Positions 37,786 to 48,380 of a stretch of DNA of 64,000 nucleotides are shown here, piece after piece. How positions within the stretch are numbered: position 1 is the stretch's first letter; each line of letters begins with the position of its first letter. This stretch comes from Candidatus Eiseniibacteriota bacterium. GTDB lineage: Bacteria > Eisenbacteria > RBG-16-71-46 > CAZAMP01. The stretch is taken from the NCBI GenBank assembly GCA_965224245.1, contig OZ245046.1:1632001-1696000 (forward strand), read 5' to 3'. The notes under the pieces were generated by a model. That model had not been told where the DNA came from. It saw nothing but the letters and a program-made list of their open reading frames with translations, and searched no databases. The position numbers and the translations under genes are program-made.

Positions 37786-40635
37786 ATGAAGCGAGCGCCG
37801 ATGATCCGAACCCTCTACGTCGTCTTCTTCCTGTCGGGGATGTCGGCGCTCCTGTTCGAGACGCTGTGGTTCCGCCTGGCGGGGCTCACGTTCGGCAACG
37901 GCGTGTGGGCCAGCAGCATCGTGCTGGCCAGCTTCATGGCGGGCCTCGCACTCGGGAATGCGCTGGCGGCCCGCCACGGTGAGCGGATCGCCGATCCCGT
38001 GCGCGCCTATGCGGTGCTCGAGCTCCTGATCGGGGGCATCGGATTCGGGCTCGTGCTCGTGTTTCCGTTTCTGAACGTGCTCCTCTCCTCGATCTTCCAT
38101 CCGCTGGTCGGGAACTCGCTGGCGCTCAACCTGGTCCGCCTCGCCGGCGCGTTCGTGCTCATGCTCGTGCCTGCCTCGGCGATGGGCGCCACGCTGCCGC
38201 TCATGGTGAAGGGGCTCCGCAGCGCACGGACCCCGTTCGGACAGCGCCTGGGAATGCTCTACGGCTGCAACACGCTGGGCGCCGTGGCGGGTGCGCTGGC
38301 CGGCGAGATGGTGCTGATTCACCTGCTGGGGCTCCGGGGCTCCGGGCTCGTCGCCCTCGGCGCGAACGTCCTCGCGGCCGCGGTCGCGCTTCGCGTCGCC
38401 CGTCTCCTCCGGCGCGAGACCGGGCCCGACGCCGCGCGGCCGGACGCCGTCCAACCACGCCCGCTCACCGCCCGCAGTCGGGGCCTTCTGGCCGCCGCGT
38501 TCATGTCGGGCGCCGTTCTCCTGGCGCTCGAGGTCGTCTGGTTTCGATTCATGCTGCTGTTCACGTTCGGGACGAGCCTCGTGTTCTCGGTCATGCTCGC
38601 GGTGGTGCTGGCCGGCATCGGCATCGGGGGAACGGCGGCGTCCCGATGGCTCCGCGCACGGGCGCCCGACCGCGTGCTCCCCGCCGTCGCGTGCGTCTCC
38701 GGAGTGCTCGTGGTGGGTGGGTTCGCGCTCTTCGCGTCCCCCCAGCTCGGGGTCACGCTGAGCTACGTGCGCGACGACCTCGGCTGGGTGACCGCCGCGC
38801 GCGCGCTCGGGCTGATGTTCCCGGTGTCGCTCGCGTCGGGTGTCCTCTTCACGCTGATCGGCGCGGCTCTCCACGCGGAGATCGGCTCCGAGACGCGGTC
38901 GGCCGGTCTCCTGACGCTCTTCAACACGGTCGGCGCGATGCTGGGCGCGCTCCTGGCCGGGTTCGTCCTCCTGCCGCTCTGGGGCATGGAGCGCTCGTTC
39001 CTGGCGCTCGCCATCGCGTACGTCGCGGTCGCCGCGTTCACGCTCGTGCCCCACCCCACCGTGTTCCGACGCACGCGGGCGCGCGTCCTGGTGCCCGCGG
39101 TGATCGCGCTCGGGGCCAGCCTGGTCGCGTTTCCGTTCGGGGCGCTCGGCCGGCACGTGTTCCCGCGGATCGCCGAGTCCAGTGTGAACGGTCCCCACGA
39201 GATCGCGCTCGTGCGCGAGGGCCTCACCGAGACGATCCTCTACGTCCGCCGCGACAAGTTCGGCCTGCCGTTCTTCCACAAGCTCCTGACGAACGGCCAC
39301 GCGATGGCGGCGACCAACACGCACTCCCAGCACTACATGAAGCTCTACGTGTACCTGCCCCTCGCCGTGCATCCCGGGATGCGCGATGCGCTCCTGATCA
39401 GCTACGGGTGCGGTCAGACGGCCAAGGCGCTGACCGATACCGACGAGCTCGACCGCATCGACGTGGTCGACATCTCACGGGACATCCTCGAGGCCACCGA
39501 GATCGTGTTCGACGAGGTCGAGACGTCTCCACTCCGGGATCCCCGCGTGCACGTGTTCGTGGAGGACGGGCGGTTCTTCCTGCAGACGACGACGCGCACG
39601 TACGATCTGATCACCGGCGAGCCTCCGCCCCCGACCGCCGCCGGCACCGTCAACCTTTATTCGCGAGAGTACTTCCAGCTCATCCACGATCGCCTGAAGC
39701 CCGGTGGCATGGCCACGTACTGGCTTCCCCAGCACGCGCTCGACCAGGACGGCGCGCGCGCGATCATCCGCGCGTTCACCGACGTGTTCGAGGAGTCCTC
39801 GCTGTGGATCGGATGCGGGCAGGACTGGATGCTCCTGGGGGTGCGAGGCCCGCATGCGACCGTGAGCGAGGAGCGCTTCGGGCGCCAGTGGCGAAGTCCG
39901 GTCGTGGCGCCCATCCTCCAGGATCTCGGCTTCGAGTACCCCGAGCAGCTCGCCGCCTACTTCATCGCCGATCGTCCGGCCCTTCGCGACCTCGTGACCG
40001 GCACCGAGCCGGTCACCGACGATCGACCCCAGCGGCTCTCCCCGCCGGGGCCGGTGCGCCTCGAGTCGGCGTACGCGACGCTGATCGAGCCGGCCGCCGC
40101 GCGTGACCGGTTCGCCCGGAGCGACCACGTCCGGCGCCTCTTCCCCGACGGCGTACGGCGGCGCGGCGTGTCGTTCTTCGACTTCCGCTACGAGCTCCAC
40201 GACGGACTCTCGCCGTTCAAGGTGGGGCCACGCGGCGCGAGCGGCCTCGCGGGCGTCCACCACGTGATCACGGGCTCGCCGTTCCATACGCTCGTGCTGT
40301 GGCTTCTCGGATCGAGCGTGCGCGAGCAGCAGATCGTGGCCACCGTCGTCCAGGGCGGGGTCACCCACCCCGCGCTCGCGGCCAAGCTCGGTGACCTGGC
40401 CCTGGCGCGGCGCGACTTTCCGGCCGCGGTCGAGCACTACCGGATCGCGTGCGACGCCTTGCCCGATCAGGTGGAGCTTCTCCTGCGCCTCGTGCTGGCG
40501 CTGTGTCTGGCGGAGCGGCGAGACGAGGCCCAGGCGCTGGTGCACGCGCGCGCGGCCGTCGTCCGTCTCGGGGGACGTGAGGACTGGGTGTTCCTCGCGG
40601 GCACGTACGGGCTCCGGCTCCCGGGTCCGGGTTGA
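37786..40635 (+). CDS. Fused multi-TM / spermidine-synthase-like (class I SAM-dependent) protein with C-terminal TPR
   Basis: FFLSGMSALLFETLWFR, MGATLP, LYGCNTLGA repeats; ISYGCGQT, VDIS, EDGRFFL, YDLITGEPP, NLYSREYF. Confidence 0.85.
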   Translation: MKRAPMIRTLYVVFFLSGMSALLFETLWFRLAGLTFGNGVWASSIVLASFMAGLALGNALAARHGERIADPVRAYAVLELLIGGIGFGLVLVFPFLNVLLSSIFHPLVGNSLALNLVRLAGAFVLMLVPASAMGATLPLMVKGLRSARTPFGQRLGMLYGCNTLGAVAGALAGEMVLIHLLGLRGSGLVALGANVLAAAVALRVARLLRRETGPDAARPDAVQPRPLTARSRGLLAAAFMSGAVLLALEVVWFRFMLLFTFGTSLVFSVMLAVVLAGIGIGGTAASRWLRARAPDRVLPAVACVSGVLVVGGFALFASPQLGVTLSYVRDDLGWVTAARALGLMFPVSLASGVLFTLIGAALHAEIGSETRSAGLLTLFNTVGAMLGALLAGFVLLPLWGMERSFLALAIAYVAVAAFTLVPHPTVFRRTRARVLVPAVIALGASLVAFPFGALGRHVFPRIAESSVNGPHEIALVREGLTETILYVRRDKFGLPFFHKLLTNGHAMAATNTHSQHYMKLYVYLPLAVHPGMRDALLISYGCGQTAKALTDTDELDRIDVVDISRDILEATEIVFDEVETSPLRDPRVHVFVEDGRFFLQTTTRTYDLITGEPPPPTAAGTVNLYSREYFQLIHDRLKPGGMATYWLPQHALDQDGARAIIRAFTDVFEESSLWIGCGQDWMLLGVRGPHATVSEERFGRQWRSPVVAPILQDLGFEYPEQLAAYFIADRPALRDLVTGTEPVTDDRPQRLSPPGPVRLESAYATLIEPAAARDRFARSDHVRRLFPDGVRRRGVSFFDFRYELHDGLSPFKVGPRGASGLAGVHHVITGSPFHTLVLWLLGSSVREQQIVATVVQGGVTHPALAAKLGDLALARRDFPAAVEHYRIACDALPDQVELLLRLVLALCLAERRDEAQALVHARAAVVRLGGREDWVFLAGTYGLRLPGPG

Positions 40636-40643
40636 CGGACCGG

Positions 40644-41891
40644 TCACTCGTAGCGAAGCGCGTCGATCGGATTCAGGCGGGCGGCACGAATCGCGGGCAG
40701 GAGGCCGAACCCGACCCCCACCACCGAGCAGAAGACGAGCCCGATGACGGCCCACTCCACCGGGACGTTCGTCTCGAACGACGTGAAGACCGTCACCACG
40801 TTGCCCAGCCCGAAGCCGGCCATCACCCCGAGCGCCCCGCCGATGTTGCAGAGCACGATGGCCTCGAGGAGAAACTGCGTCATGATGTCGCGCGGCTTCG
40901 CGCCGAGCGATTTCCGGATGCCGATCTCCTTGGTGCGCTCGGTCACCGACACCAGCATGATGTTCATGATGCCGATGCCGGCAACGATGAGCGCGATCGT
41001 CCCGATCATGAACGCGGCCAGCTTCACCCCGCGCGTCGTTTGATTGAACTCGGCGATCAGGCTCTCGCTGCTGAAGACGTCGAAGTTGTCCTCTTCGCCC
41101 GGACGGACCCCCCGGGCGCGCCTCATGAGCTGTCGCGTCTCCTCCAGCGCGTCCGCGGCCAGCTCCGGCGTCTTGGCCCGAACCGTGATGTTCACCGACC
41201 GCGAGAACCCTCCCGGATCGACCATGCCGTACGTCTTCAGGTACCGCGTGATCGGGATCAGGACGTAATTGTCGTAGTTGCCTCCGAACGAGGACGTCTT
41301 GGAGTCGAACACCCCGATCACCTGGAACCTCCGGCCGTCCAGCCGCACCTCCTTGCCGATGGGATCGGTGAACGGGAAGAGCTTCTCGGCGATCGCCCAT
41401 CCGATGACCGCGACGCTCCGAGCGGTCTTCACGTCGAACTGCGAGAGGTTGCGACCCATCGCGACGTAGTGGGTGTTGTTGGCTGGATACTCGGGGGTCC
41501 CTCCGCAGATCTGGACGTTCGCGTTGGTGGCCTCGCCCTGGTACTCCATCACGAAGCCGTAGTCCCAGAGCTCCGCTCCCACCAGATCCACCGTGTCGAC
41601 CTGGTCGCGGATCAGCTGGGCGTGCTCGACCGTGATGGGTGGGCGCCGCCGGGCCTTGCGGCGCTCCTCGTCGCTGTTGAAGCCCCCCGCGGGCCACTTC
41701 TGCACCTGGAACACCTGCGTGCCGAGTACGCTCATCTCCTTCTCCATCGTGCCCTGGACGACCGAGATCGCCGTCATGACGGCGATGATGGACGCCACGC
41801 CGGCGACGATGCCCACCAGGGTCAGGAACGAGCGGAGCTTGTGGCTCTGGACGGCCCGGAGCGCCATCGCGAAGATGTCGAGTACCGGCAT
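40644..41891 (-). CDS. MacB/FtsX-family ABC permease
   Basis: LRSFLTLVGIVAGV, GIGIMNIMLVSVTERTKEIGIRKSLGA, PIDALRYE. Confidence 0.93.
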   Translation of the reverse strand: MPVLDIFAMALRAVQSHKLRSFLTLVGIVAGVASIIAVMTAISVVQGTMEKEMSVLGTQVFQVQKWPAGGFNSDEERRKARRRPPITVEHAQLIRDQVDTVDLVGAELWDYGFVMEYQGEATNANVQICGGTPEYPANNTHYVAMGRNLSQFDVKTARSVAVIGWAIAEKLFPFTDPIGKEVRLDGRRFQVIGVFDSKTSSFGGNYDNYVLIPITRYLKTYGMVDPGGFSRSVNITVRAKTPELAADALEETRQLMRRARGVRPGEEDNFDVFSSESLIAEFNQTTRGVKLAAFMIGTIALIVAGIGIMNIMLVSVTERTKEIGIRKSLGAKPRDIMTQFLLEAIVLCNIGGALGVMAGFGLGNVVTVFTSFETNVPVEWAVIGLVFCSVVGVGFGLLPAIRAARLNPIDALRYE

Positions 41892-41906
41892 TCGGCTAGG
41901 CCTCCA

Positions 41907-43181
41907 TCACTCGTGGCGCAGCGCGGCGATCGGGTCGAGCTTGGCGCCGCGGTAGGCCGGAACGAAGCCGGCCACGACGCCCACGCTCAGCGAGACCACG
42001 ATCGCGGTCAGGACGATGGGCAGTGACACGCTGGCCGGCATCACCGTGGCGTTGATGATCGCGGTCACGCCGACCGCGATCCCGGTGCCGATCAGTCCGC
42101 CCAGGAGACAGATCAACGCCGCCTCGAACAGGAACTGGAGCAGGATCACGTGTCGCTTGGCGCCGATGGCCTTGCGGATTCCGATCTCGCGCGTGCGCTC
42201 GGTGACCGACACGAACATGATGTTCATGACCCCGACCCCGCCCACGAACAGCGAGACCCCGGTGACGAGTAGTCCCACCAGCAGCACGACGCCCATGACG
42301 TTGTCGAACGCGCCCAGGAGCGAGTCGAGCTTGTTGATCGAGAAGTCGTCGGGCTCGGCGGGACGGAGGCCGCGTACCTTTCGCATCTCACCGACGACCA
42401 GGAACTCGAGGTCGGCGACGTCCTCGGGGCTGGGCGCCTTCACCGCGACGTCCACGTCCTGGCCGCGCCGTCCTCCGAAGGCCTTCACGAACGACGTGAT
42501 GGGGACGTAGACGAGTCGATCGAAGTTGGGGCCCCCGAAGCTCTGCCCCCCCTGCTTCTCCATGACCCCGATCACGCGACAGGTCAAGCGGCCGACCTTG
42601 ATCTCCTCGTTGATCGGGTTCGCCGAGCCGAAGAGGCCGTCGCACACGTCGCGGCCGATCACGCAGACCTTCTTCTTGTAGGTGACGTCGAACGCGGTCA
42701 GGAAGCGGCCGAGCTCGGGGCGAGCGCTCGACAGGGCGATCTGCTTGTCGGTGGTGCCGATGATCGAGACGCTCTCGATCGTCTCGGCTCCGACCTTCAC
42801 GTCGTACGAGCCCTGCATGCTGGGGTTCACGATGGCCTTGCCCAGGAGGTTCTCCTCCAGCAGACGGGCCTCGCGCAGCTCCAGGGGCGGACGGTTCCGG
42901 TACTCGAAGAAGTCGTTCATGATGATCCACGGCATCCGGGACACGTAGATGACGTCGGTTCCGATCGCCGAGAAGCTCTCGCGGAACGTGGACTGGAGCC
43001 CGTGCGCGGCGGTCAGGGTGCTGATCACGGCCACGATGCCGATGACGATGCCGAGCGTGGTCAGCGTCCCGCGAGCCTTGTTGGCGACGATGGCATCCAG
43101 GGCGATGGCCAAGGACTCGCGGACGTCCAGCGCCCAGCCGAGCGGCCGCCATCTCATCGCGGTTCGCCCGTCATCGCGCAT
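41907..43181 (-). CDS. MacB/FtsX-family ABC permease
   Basis: [45 protein letters not shown]; alternative start 43157. Confidence 0.93.
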   Translation of the reverse strand: MRDDGRTAMRWRPLGWALDVRESLAIALDAIVANKARGTLTTLGIVIGIVAVISTLTAAHGLQSTFRESFSAIGTDVIYVSRMPWIIMNDFFEYRNRPPLELREARLLEENLLGKAIVNPSMQGSYDVKVGAETIESVSIIGTTDKQIALSSARPELGRFLTAFDVTYKKKVCVIGRDVCDGLFGSANPINEEIKVGRLTCRVIGVMEKQGGQSFGGPNFDRLVYVPITSFVKAFGGRRGQDVDVAVKAPSPEDVADLEFLVVGEMRKVRGLRPAEPDDFSINKLDSLLGAFDNVMGVVLLVGLLVTGVSLFVGGVGVMNIMFVSVTERTREIGIRKAIGAKRHVILLQFLFEAALICLLGGLIGTGIAVGVTAIINATVMPASVSLPIVLTAIVVSLSVGVVAGFVPAYRGAKLDPIAALRHE

Positions 43182-43884
43182 CCCTCGCGGTGTCGCTCTC
43201 GACGAGCCCGTCCCGGAGGCGGATCGTCCGGTGTGCGTGGCGGGCGATCGTGTCCTCGTGGGTGACCAGGAGGATCGTCTGCCCCGTGGCGTGGAGCTGG
43301 TCGAGGATGGTCATGATCTCGTCGCCGGTCTTGCTGTCGAGGTTTCCGGTCGGCTCGTCGGCCAGGATGATCGAGGGCTCGAAGACGAGCGCCCTGGCGA
43401 TCGCGACCCGCTGACGCTGACCTCCGGAGAGCTCCGCGGGGCGGTGGGCCGTCCGGTCGGTGAGCCCCACGCGCGCGATCGACTCCTCGGTGCGCCGGCG
43501 CCGCTCGCCGCGGGGCACGCCGCCGTAGATCAACGGGAGCTCGACGTTCTCGTACACGGTGGAGCGCGGCAGGAGATTGAACGTCTGGAACACGAAGCCG
43601 ATCCGGCGGTTCCGGATCTCGGCGAGACGCGACTCGGAGAGCTCGGCCACCATCTCACCCCCCAGCGAGTAGGTGCCGGACGTGGGGACGTCCAGGCATC
43701 CGATGATGTTCATCAGCGTCGACTTGCCCGAGCCCGAGGGACCCATGATGGCGACGTAGGCGTTGCGCTCGATGTCCAGAGAGACACCCCTGAGCGCGTG
43801 CACGCGCGTCTCGCCCAGGACGTACGTCTTGACCACGTCCCGGAGCGAGAGGGCGGTTGCGGTCGTCGTCGATGTCGTGCTCAT
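43171..43884 (-). CDS. ABC transporter ATP-binding protein (MacB/LolD type)
   Basis: [44 protein letters not shown]. Confidence 0.96.
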   Translation of the reverse strand: MSTTSTTTATALSLRDVVKTYVLGETRVHALRGVSLDIERNAYVAIMGPSGSGKSTLMNIIGCLDVPTSGTYSLGGEMVAELSESRLAEIRNRRIGFVFQTFNLLPRSTVYENVELPLIYGGVPRGERRRRTEESIARVGLTDRTAHRPAELSGGQRQRVAIARALVFEPSIILADEPTGNLDSKTGDEIMTILDQLHATGQTILLVTHEDTIARHAHRTIRLRDGLVESDTARDAR

Positions 43885-43907
43885 GCCCGGGGCCTCCCGA
43901 TCGACGC

Positions 43908-45152
43908 TCAGGTCGGCTCGCCGCCGGCGTCGTTCTGGATCACGACGGCGGCACCGTTCTCGAGGTCGCGCGAGATGGCCCGGTAGCTCCCGCTCACGAC
44001 GACGTCCCCCTCGGTCAGTCCGCTCAGAATCTCGATGAGCTCATCGCTCTGAATGCCTGTCTCGACTTGCTTTGCCACCGCGTGGCCATCTTCGACGCAG
44101 AACACGATTTCCACGAACCCGTCCTCGTCGGGGGAGAAGCGGCCCTCGGCGTCCTCGCGGGACTCCCCCGCCACCCGGAGCTGATCGACGGTGCGCACGG
44201 CGACGCACTGGATGGGGACGCTGAGCGCCGAGTCGTTGGACCGGGTGAAGATGTCGGCGCTGGCGGTCATGCCCGGACGCAGCGCATCGACCGGATCGGT
44301 GACGCGGATCGTGACCTCGAACTCGGTCTTCTGCGTGGTGCCCTGGCTCCCCACGTTGGCCGAGTTGGCGATCTCGGAGACCGTGCCGGCCAGCACCCGA
44401 TCCCGGAGCGCGTCGACCTCGATCTCGGCCTGCTGTCCGATCTCGACCGAGACGATGTCGTTCTCGTCCACGTTGACCAGCGCCTCCATCTCGGACAGGT
44501 CGGCGATGACGAGGATCACGTCCTCCTGGAACTGCGAGCCGATGGCGATCTCGCCCTGCTCCTTGTTGAGGTCGCTGATCGTGCCCGCCATCGGGGCGTA
44601 GATCGTCGTCTTGGAGAGATCGTCCCGGGCCTGCTTCAGCGCCGCTCTGGCCTGCTCGACCTGATCCACGGCCGACGCGTGGCGCGCCTTCTCGACGAGA
44701 TAGGCGGACTCCGCGGCGTCGAATGCGGCCTGGGTCTCGACGCTGCGCGACATGAGCTCGCGCGAGCGGGCGTACTCCTTCTCCAGCCGGATGAGGTTCT
44801 CCAGCACGAGGCTCGCGTTCGCCTGCGCCGAGCGCACGTTGGCCTCGGCGCTCTCGACGGCGGCCAGATAGCGTTCGCGGTCGAGCTCCACCAGGAAGGC
44901 GCCGGCCTCGACCCACTCTCCCTCCTCGACGGCCAGCTTGGTGATCTTGGCGCTCACGTCGCCACTGATCTTGACCTGGGTGTGGGGCTGGATGCGCCCG
45001 GTGGCGTTCACGGTCTGGACGATCTTCTCGCGGGTCACGGTCGCGGTCTCGACGGACATCGGTCCGTCGCCGTCGCGCTTGAGCGCGAACGTGGCCCCCA
45101 CCGCACCCAGCAGGACGATGGGGATCGCGATCCAGAGAGCCTTCTTGTTCAT
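43908..45152 (-). CDS. Efflux periplasmic adaptor (MacA/HlyD family)
   Basis: N-terminal anchor, ATGRIQP, coiled-coil hairpin, [30 protein letters not shown]. Confidence 0.92.
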   Translation of the reverse strand: MNKKALWIAIPIVLLGAVGATFALKRDGDGPMSVETATVTREKIVQTVNATGRIQPHTQVKISGDVSAKITKLAVEEGEWVEAGAFLVELDRERYLAAVESAEANVRSAQANASLVLENLIRLEKEYARSRELMSRSVETQAAFDAAESAYLVEKARHASAVDQVEQARAALKQARDDLSKTTIYAPMAGTISDLNKEQGEIAIGSQFQEDVILVIADLSEMEALVNVDENDIVSVEIGQQAEIEVDALRDRVLAGTVSEIANSANVGSQGTTQKTEFEVTIRVTDPVDALRPGMTASADIFTRSNDSALSVPIQCVAVRTVDQLRVAGESREDAEGRFSPDEDGFVEIVFCVEDGHAVAKQVETGIQSDELIEILSGLTEGDVVVSGSYRAISRDLENGAAVVIQNDAGGEPT

Positions 45153-45323
45153 CGATTGGGGTCCTCGTGGGCGGAACGATCTCGCCGCCGCGCGGGGCCG
45201 GGCGCCGAGACGGAAACGGTACGGAACAGGCTACGAAGGAGGCCCGGGAAAGTTCACCGAATGTCGGTTCGGGAAAGACGAAGCGGGCGGGCCGCAGGCA
45301 CCAGGCCCCGGAAGCCGGGAGGC

Positions 45324-47111
45324 TCAGGCGGCGACGTCGTCGGCGTCGGGCTCGCGCCCCTCGTCGAGGGGCAGCGGGAGGACGGCGGTGAACGTGGATC
45401 CGACGCCGACCTCGCTCTCGACCTCGATCGAGCCCCCCATGAGGTCGGTCAGGTGCCGGCAGATGGCGAGCCCCAGCCCGGTTCCGCCGAACTCCCGGGT
45501 CGTGCTGCGGTCCACCTGACTGAACTCCTCGAAGATGCTCGTCAGGCGTTCGGGCGGAATGCCCACGCCGGTGTCGGCGATCGCGATCGACACCGACCGG
45601 GGGGTCTCCACCACGCCTACGGTGACCTGCCCGGCCGGCGTGAACTTGATCGCGTTCCCGACCAGGTTCACGACGATCTGCCGGATGCGAGCCACGTCCC
45701 CCACCCTCGGCCCGAGCGGAGCGGACGCCCAGGCCAGCGTGAGCCCGACGTCCTTCCCGTGGGCCAGCGGGGCGAGCACCTGGCGGACCTCCTCCAGCAG
45801 CGTGCGGAGGTCGAACGGGCGGGGATCCAGCTCGAGCTTGCCCGACTCGATGCGCGCGATGTCGAGCACGTCGCTGATCACCTCCAGGAGCGAGCGGCCG
45901 GAAGTCTGCAGGAGGTCCACGTACTCGGTCTGCTCCTCGGACAGCTCGGTGTCGCGCAGGAGCTGGACCATGCCCATGACGCCGTTCAACGGGGTCCGCA
46001 GCTCGTGACTCATCGTGGCCAGGAACTGCGTCTTCGCGATGGCCGCGCTCCGGGCCCGGACGAGCGCGTCCTGCAGGCTCGACGCCATCAGGTTGAACGC
46101 CGCGCCGAGCTCGCCGACCTCGTCGCGGGACGTGACGTCGACGCGGTGGTCCAGTTCACCGCCACCGAACCGGGTCACCGCGCGATGCAGCCGCCGGATG
46201 GGCTGGCCGATCCGGCCCGCGAGCCACGAGCTGACGCCGACCGCGAGAAGGAGGCAGAGCGCCCCGGCGGCGATCACGGCCATGCGGAACGCCACGAGCG
46301 CCCCGCGGGTCCCGTCCACGGGACGGAACAGGACGGCGCGATGCCCGCCGCCGGACACGTCGACAGCGAGGCCGCGGTGAGGCCGCCCGCCGAGGTCGAA
46401 GTCGACGATGGGGATGGGCCCCGCCGCGGACGGGGTCGGGCCGTCATCGCGGCTCCGCGCGTGCAGGTCGGCGGCCGCGAACGACGCCGCCGTCCACGTG
46501 CGCGAGCAGGCCACCGGCCCCTCGGGGGCGAGGAGCACGACGTCGCTGCCGGAGACGTCGGCGATCTCGCGGGCCCATGTGTCGTCGATGCGATCGCCGA
46601 GCGCGAGGATCCCGACCACCTGCCGTCCTCCGAGGACCGGCGCGACCGCGACGTGGTGGAGGGCGTCCCCGTGCGTCCAGATCGACACCGTCTCCTCGCC
46701 GCGCATCGCGGCCGCCACCGCGTGGCGCGCGGCGAGCGAGCGGCCCGGGGACAGCACGCCGCTCGCGTCCGACAGCACACGCCCCGTGGGGTCGATGAGG
46801 ACCAGGAGATCGCCGTCCACGACACTCCCCAGCTCCTCGCCCAGATGCGCCACGGTCTCGGGGTCGACGCCCTCGATGCCCAGGGTCGCCTTCAGAAACG
46901 GGATCTCGGAGGTCGACCGGGCACGCGCCCGCAGGAGCGCGTCGCGCAACTCGAGCCAGCGATCGTAGCCCCGCCGCGCGCGCTCGAGGCTGGCCACGAT
47001 CTCGTCCTCGGCCAGGCGGTCCACCAGGGTCGACGCACCGAACACCGACAGCAGGATGAACACCACCGAGACCGCGGACGTCCCCCAGAACAGGCGTGCC
47101 TGCAGACTCAC
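45324..47111 (-). CDS. Membrane sensor histidine kinase (Cache-like periplasmic region, HAMP, HisKA, HATPase)
   Basis: Two TMs, HAMP ([13 protein letters not shown]), [37 protein letters not shown] start 47111. Confidence 0.88.
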   Translation of the reverse strand: MSLQARLFWGTSAVSVVFILLSVFGASTLVDRLAEDEIVASLERARRGYDRWLELRDALLRARARSTSEIPFLKATLGIEGVDPETVAHLGEELGSVVDGDLLVLIDPTGRVLSDASGVLSPGRSLAARHAVAAAMRGEETVSIWTHGDALHHVAVAPVLGGRQVVGILALGDRIDDTWAREIADVSGSDVVLLAPEGPVACSRTWTAASFAAADLHARSRDDGPTPSAAGPIPIVDFDLGGRPHRGLAVDVSGGGHRAVLFRPVDGTRGALVAFRMAVIAAGALCLLLAVGVSSWLAGRIGQPIRRLHRAVTRFGGGELDHRVDVTSRDEVGELGAAFNLMASSLQDALVRARSAAIAKTQFLATMSHELRTPLNGVMGMVQLLRDTELSEEQTEYVDLLQTSGRSLLEVISDVLDIARIESGKLELDPRPFDLRTLLEEVRQVLAPLAHGKDVGLTLAWASAPLGPRVGDVARIRQIVVNLVGNAIKFTPAGQVTVGVVETPRSVSIAIADTGVGIPPERLTSIFEEFSQVDRSTTREFGGTGLGLAICRHLTDLMGGSIEVESEVGVGSTFTAVLPLPLDEGREPDADDVAA

Positions 47112-47116
47112 GCGCC

Positions 47117-48211
47117 TCACCGGTACTTGCCCTCGTAGGGCTTGCCGAACTTGTTGGGATGCTCGGCGATCTTCCGGTCCTCGACGACCGTGAGCTCCAG
47201 CACGCGGTGGGTCTCGGGCCCCACGACGATCTCGCGGCGGGTCTCCGGCCCGAACTCGTGCCACGTCCGGAGCCGATACGTCCCCGCGGGCACGCACGGC
47301 ACCACGAACACGCCCCGCTGGTCGGTCGTGCTGAAGAGATCGTTCTCGAGCACGAGGATGCTGGCGGACATCTGTGGATGGATGTTGCAGTACACCTTGA
47401 CCAGCCCGCTCTCCTCGAACGTGACCGAGCCCGTGTGGCCCGGGTTGTAGATCCCCAGGTCGAACGGGGCGACCCGGCTGAGCGAGAACGCGTTGTGAAA
47501 GATCGTGTCGTCGTTGGGAAACTCGACGGTCGTCCCCGCGACGATGGGAAGCACCCGAGGCGAGAACTGGCGGTGCCTCTGGGACAGGACGCGCGTGTGC
47601 ACTGGCACGCTCGGGCGGAGGCTCCGGTCCACGGGCTCGAGGAACACGACCACGCCGCGCGGGTCCGAGGTCTCGGTGCCATCGGTCTTCACGACGCGCA
47701 CGGTGCCCGACACGATCCCGTCTCGATCGGGAAAGATCCCGGACGGACGTTCGCCGTCCCGGAACCGGACGTGACAGTCGACGCAGCTGGCCCGGATGTC
47801 GTGGACGACCGCATCCACGATCTCACGATCACCGGCCGACGCGGCGGCGCCGAGCAGCTCGGCCCCGGACGTGATCCGCGCGATCAGCACCCGGAGGACC
47901 TCCGGGCGATCGCCGTCCAGGATCTCCTCCAGCATCGGCAGATGCCCGAACGACGTTCCCAGCGCCTGCGCCACCGGAGCGATCTCCTCCAGCCGTTCCT
48001 CGGCGAGAAGCTGCTCGACGTCGGCGAACTCGTCGGCGATGCCGAACATGAGCTGCTTGGTGGCGTCGCTGGTCCGGAGCGGGCGTTCGGAACGGTCGGC
48101 GACGGCGCGGGTCGGGGCCGCCGGGGGTCGGGGATCCGCCGCGGAGTTCGCGAGTGTCCACGTGAGGCTCGAGACGAGCAGACCGACGGCGAGCAGGGCG
48201 GGACGTGGCAT
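47117..48211 (-). CDS. Exported cytochrome c'-like domain fused to a cupredoxin / carboxypeptidase-regulatory-like domain
   Basis: Signal peptide; helical region ending CVDCH; FPNDDTIFHNAFS and VYCNIHPQM; GTYRLRTWHE. Confidence 0.78.
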   Translation of the reverse strand: MPRPALLAVGLLVSSLTWTLANSAADPRPPAAPTRAVADRSERPLRTSDATKQLMFGIADEFADVEQLLAEERLEEIAPVAQALGTSFGHLPMLEEILDGDRPEVLRVLIARITSGAELLGAAASAGDREIVDAVVHDIRASCVDCHVRFRDGERPSGIFPDRDGIVSGTVRVVKTDGTETSDPRGVVVFLEPVDRSLRPSVPVHTRVLSQRHRQFSPRVLPIVAGTTVEFPNDDTIFHNAFSLSRVAPFDLGIYNPGHTGSVTFEESGLVKVYCNIHPQMSASILVLENDLFSTTDQRGVFVVPCVPAGTYRLRTWHEFGPETRREIVVGPETHRVLELTVVEDRKIAEHPNKFGKPYEGKYR

Positions 48212-48380
48212 GCAGGACTCCCGGTTCAGCGCCCGCCCGGCCGGTGCGGGACGTTCGAGAGCCCCTGGCGGATGCCGGACCTCTCACCGTGGGGTATCGG
48301 CTCGGCCCGTGGCATCTGAACGCTCGGCCGGCTCGAGGGCGAACGGCGAACGGGACCACAAGATCCCGCGCGGCCGGCCG

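Noticed and set aside
48310-48325. Sigma54 promoter TGGCAT…GC upstream of the porin
   Set aside because: GG-to-GC spacing is 9 nt rather than the required 10
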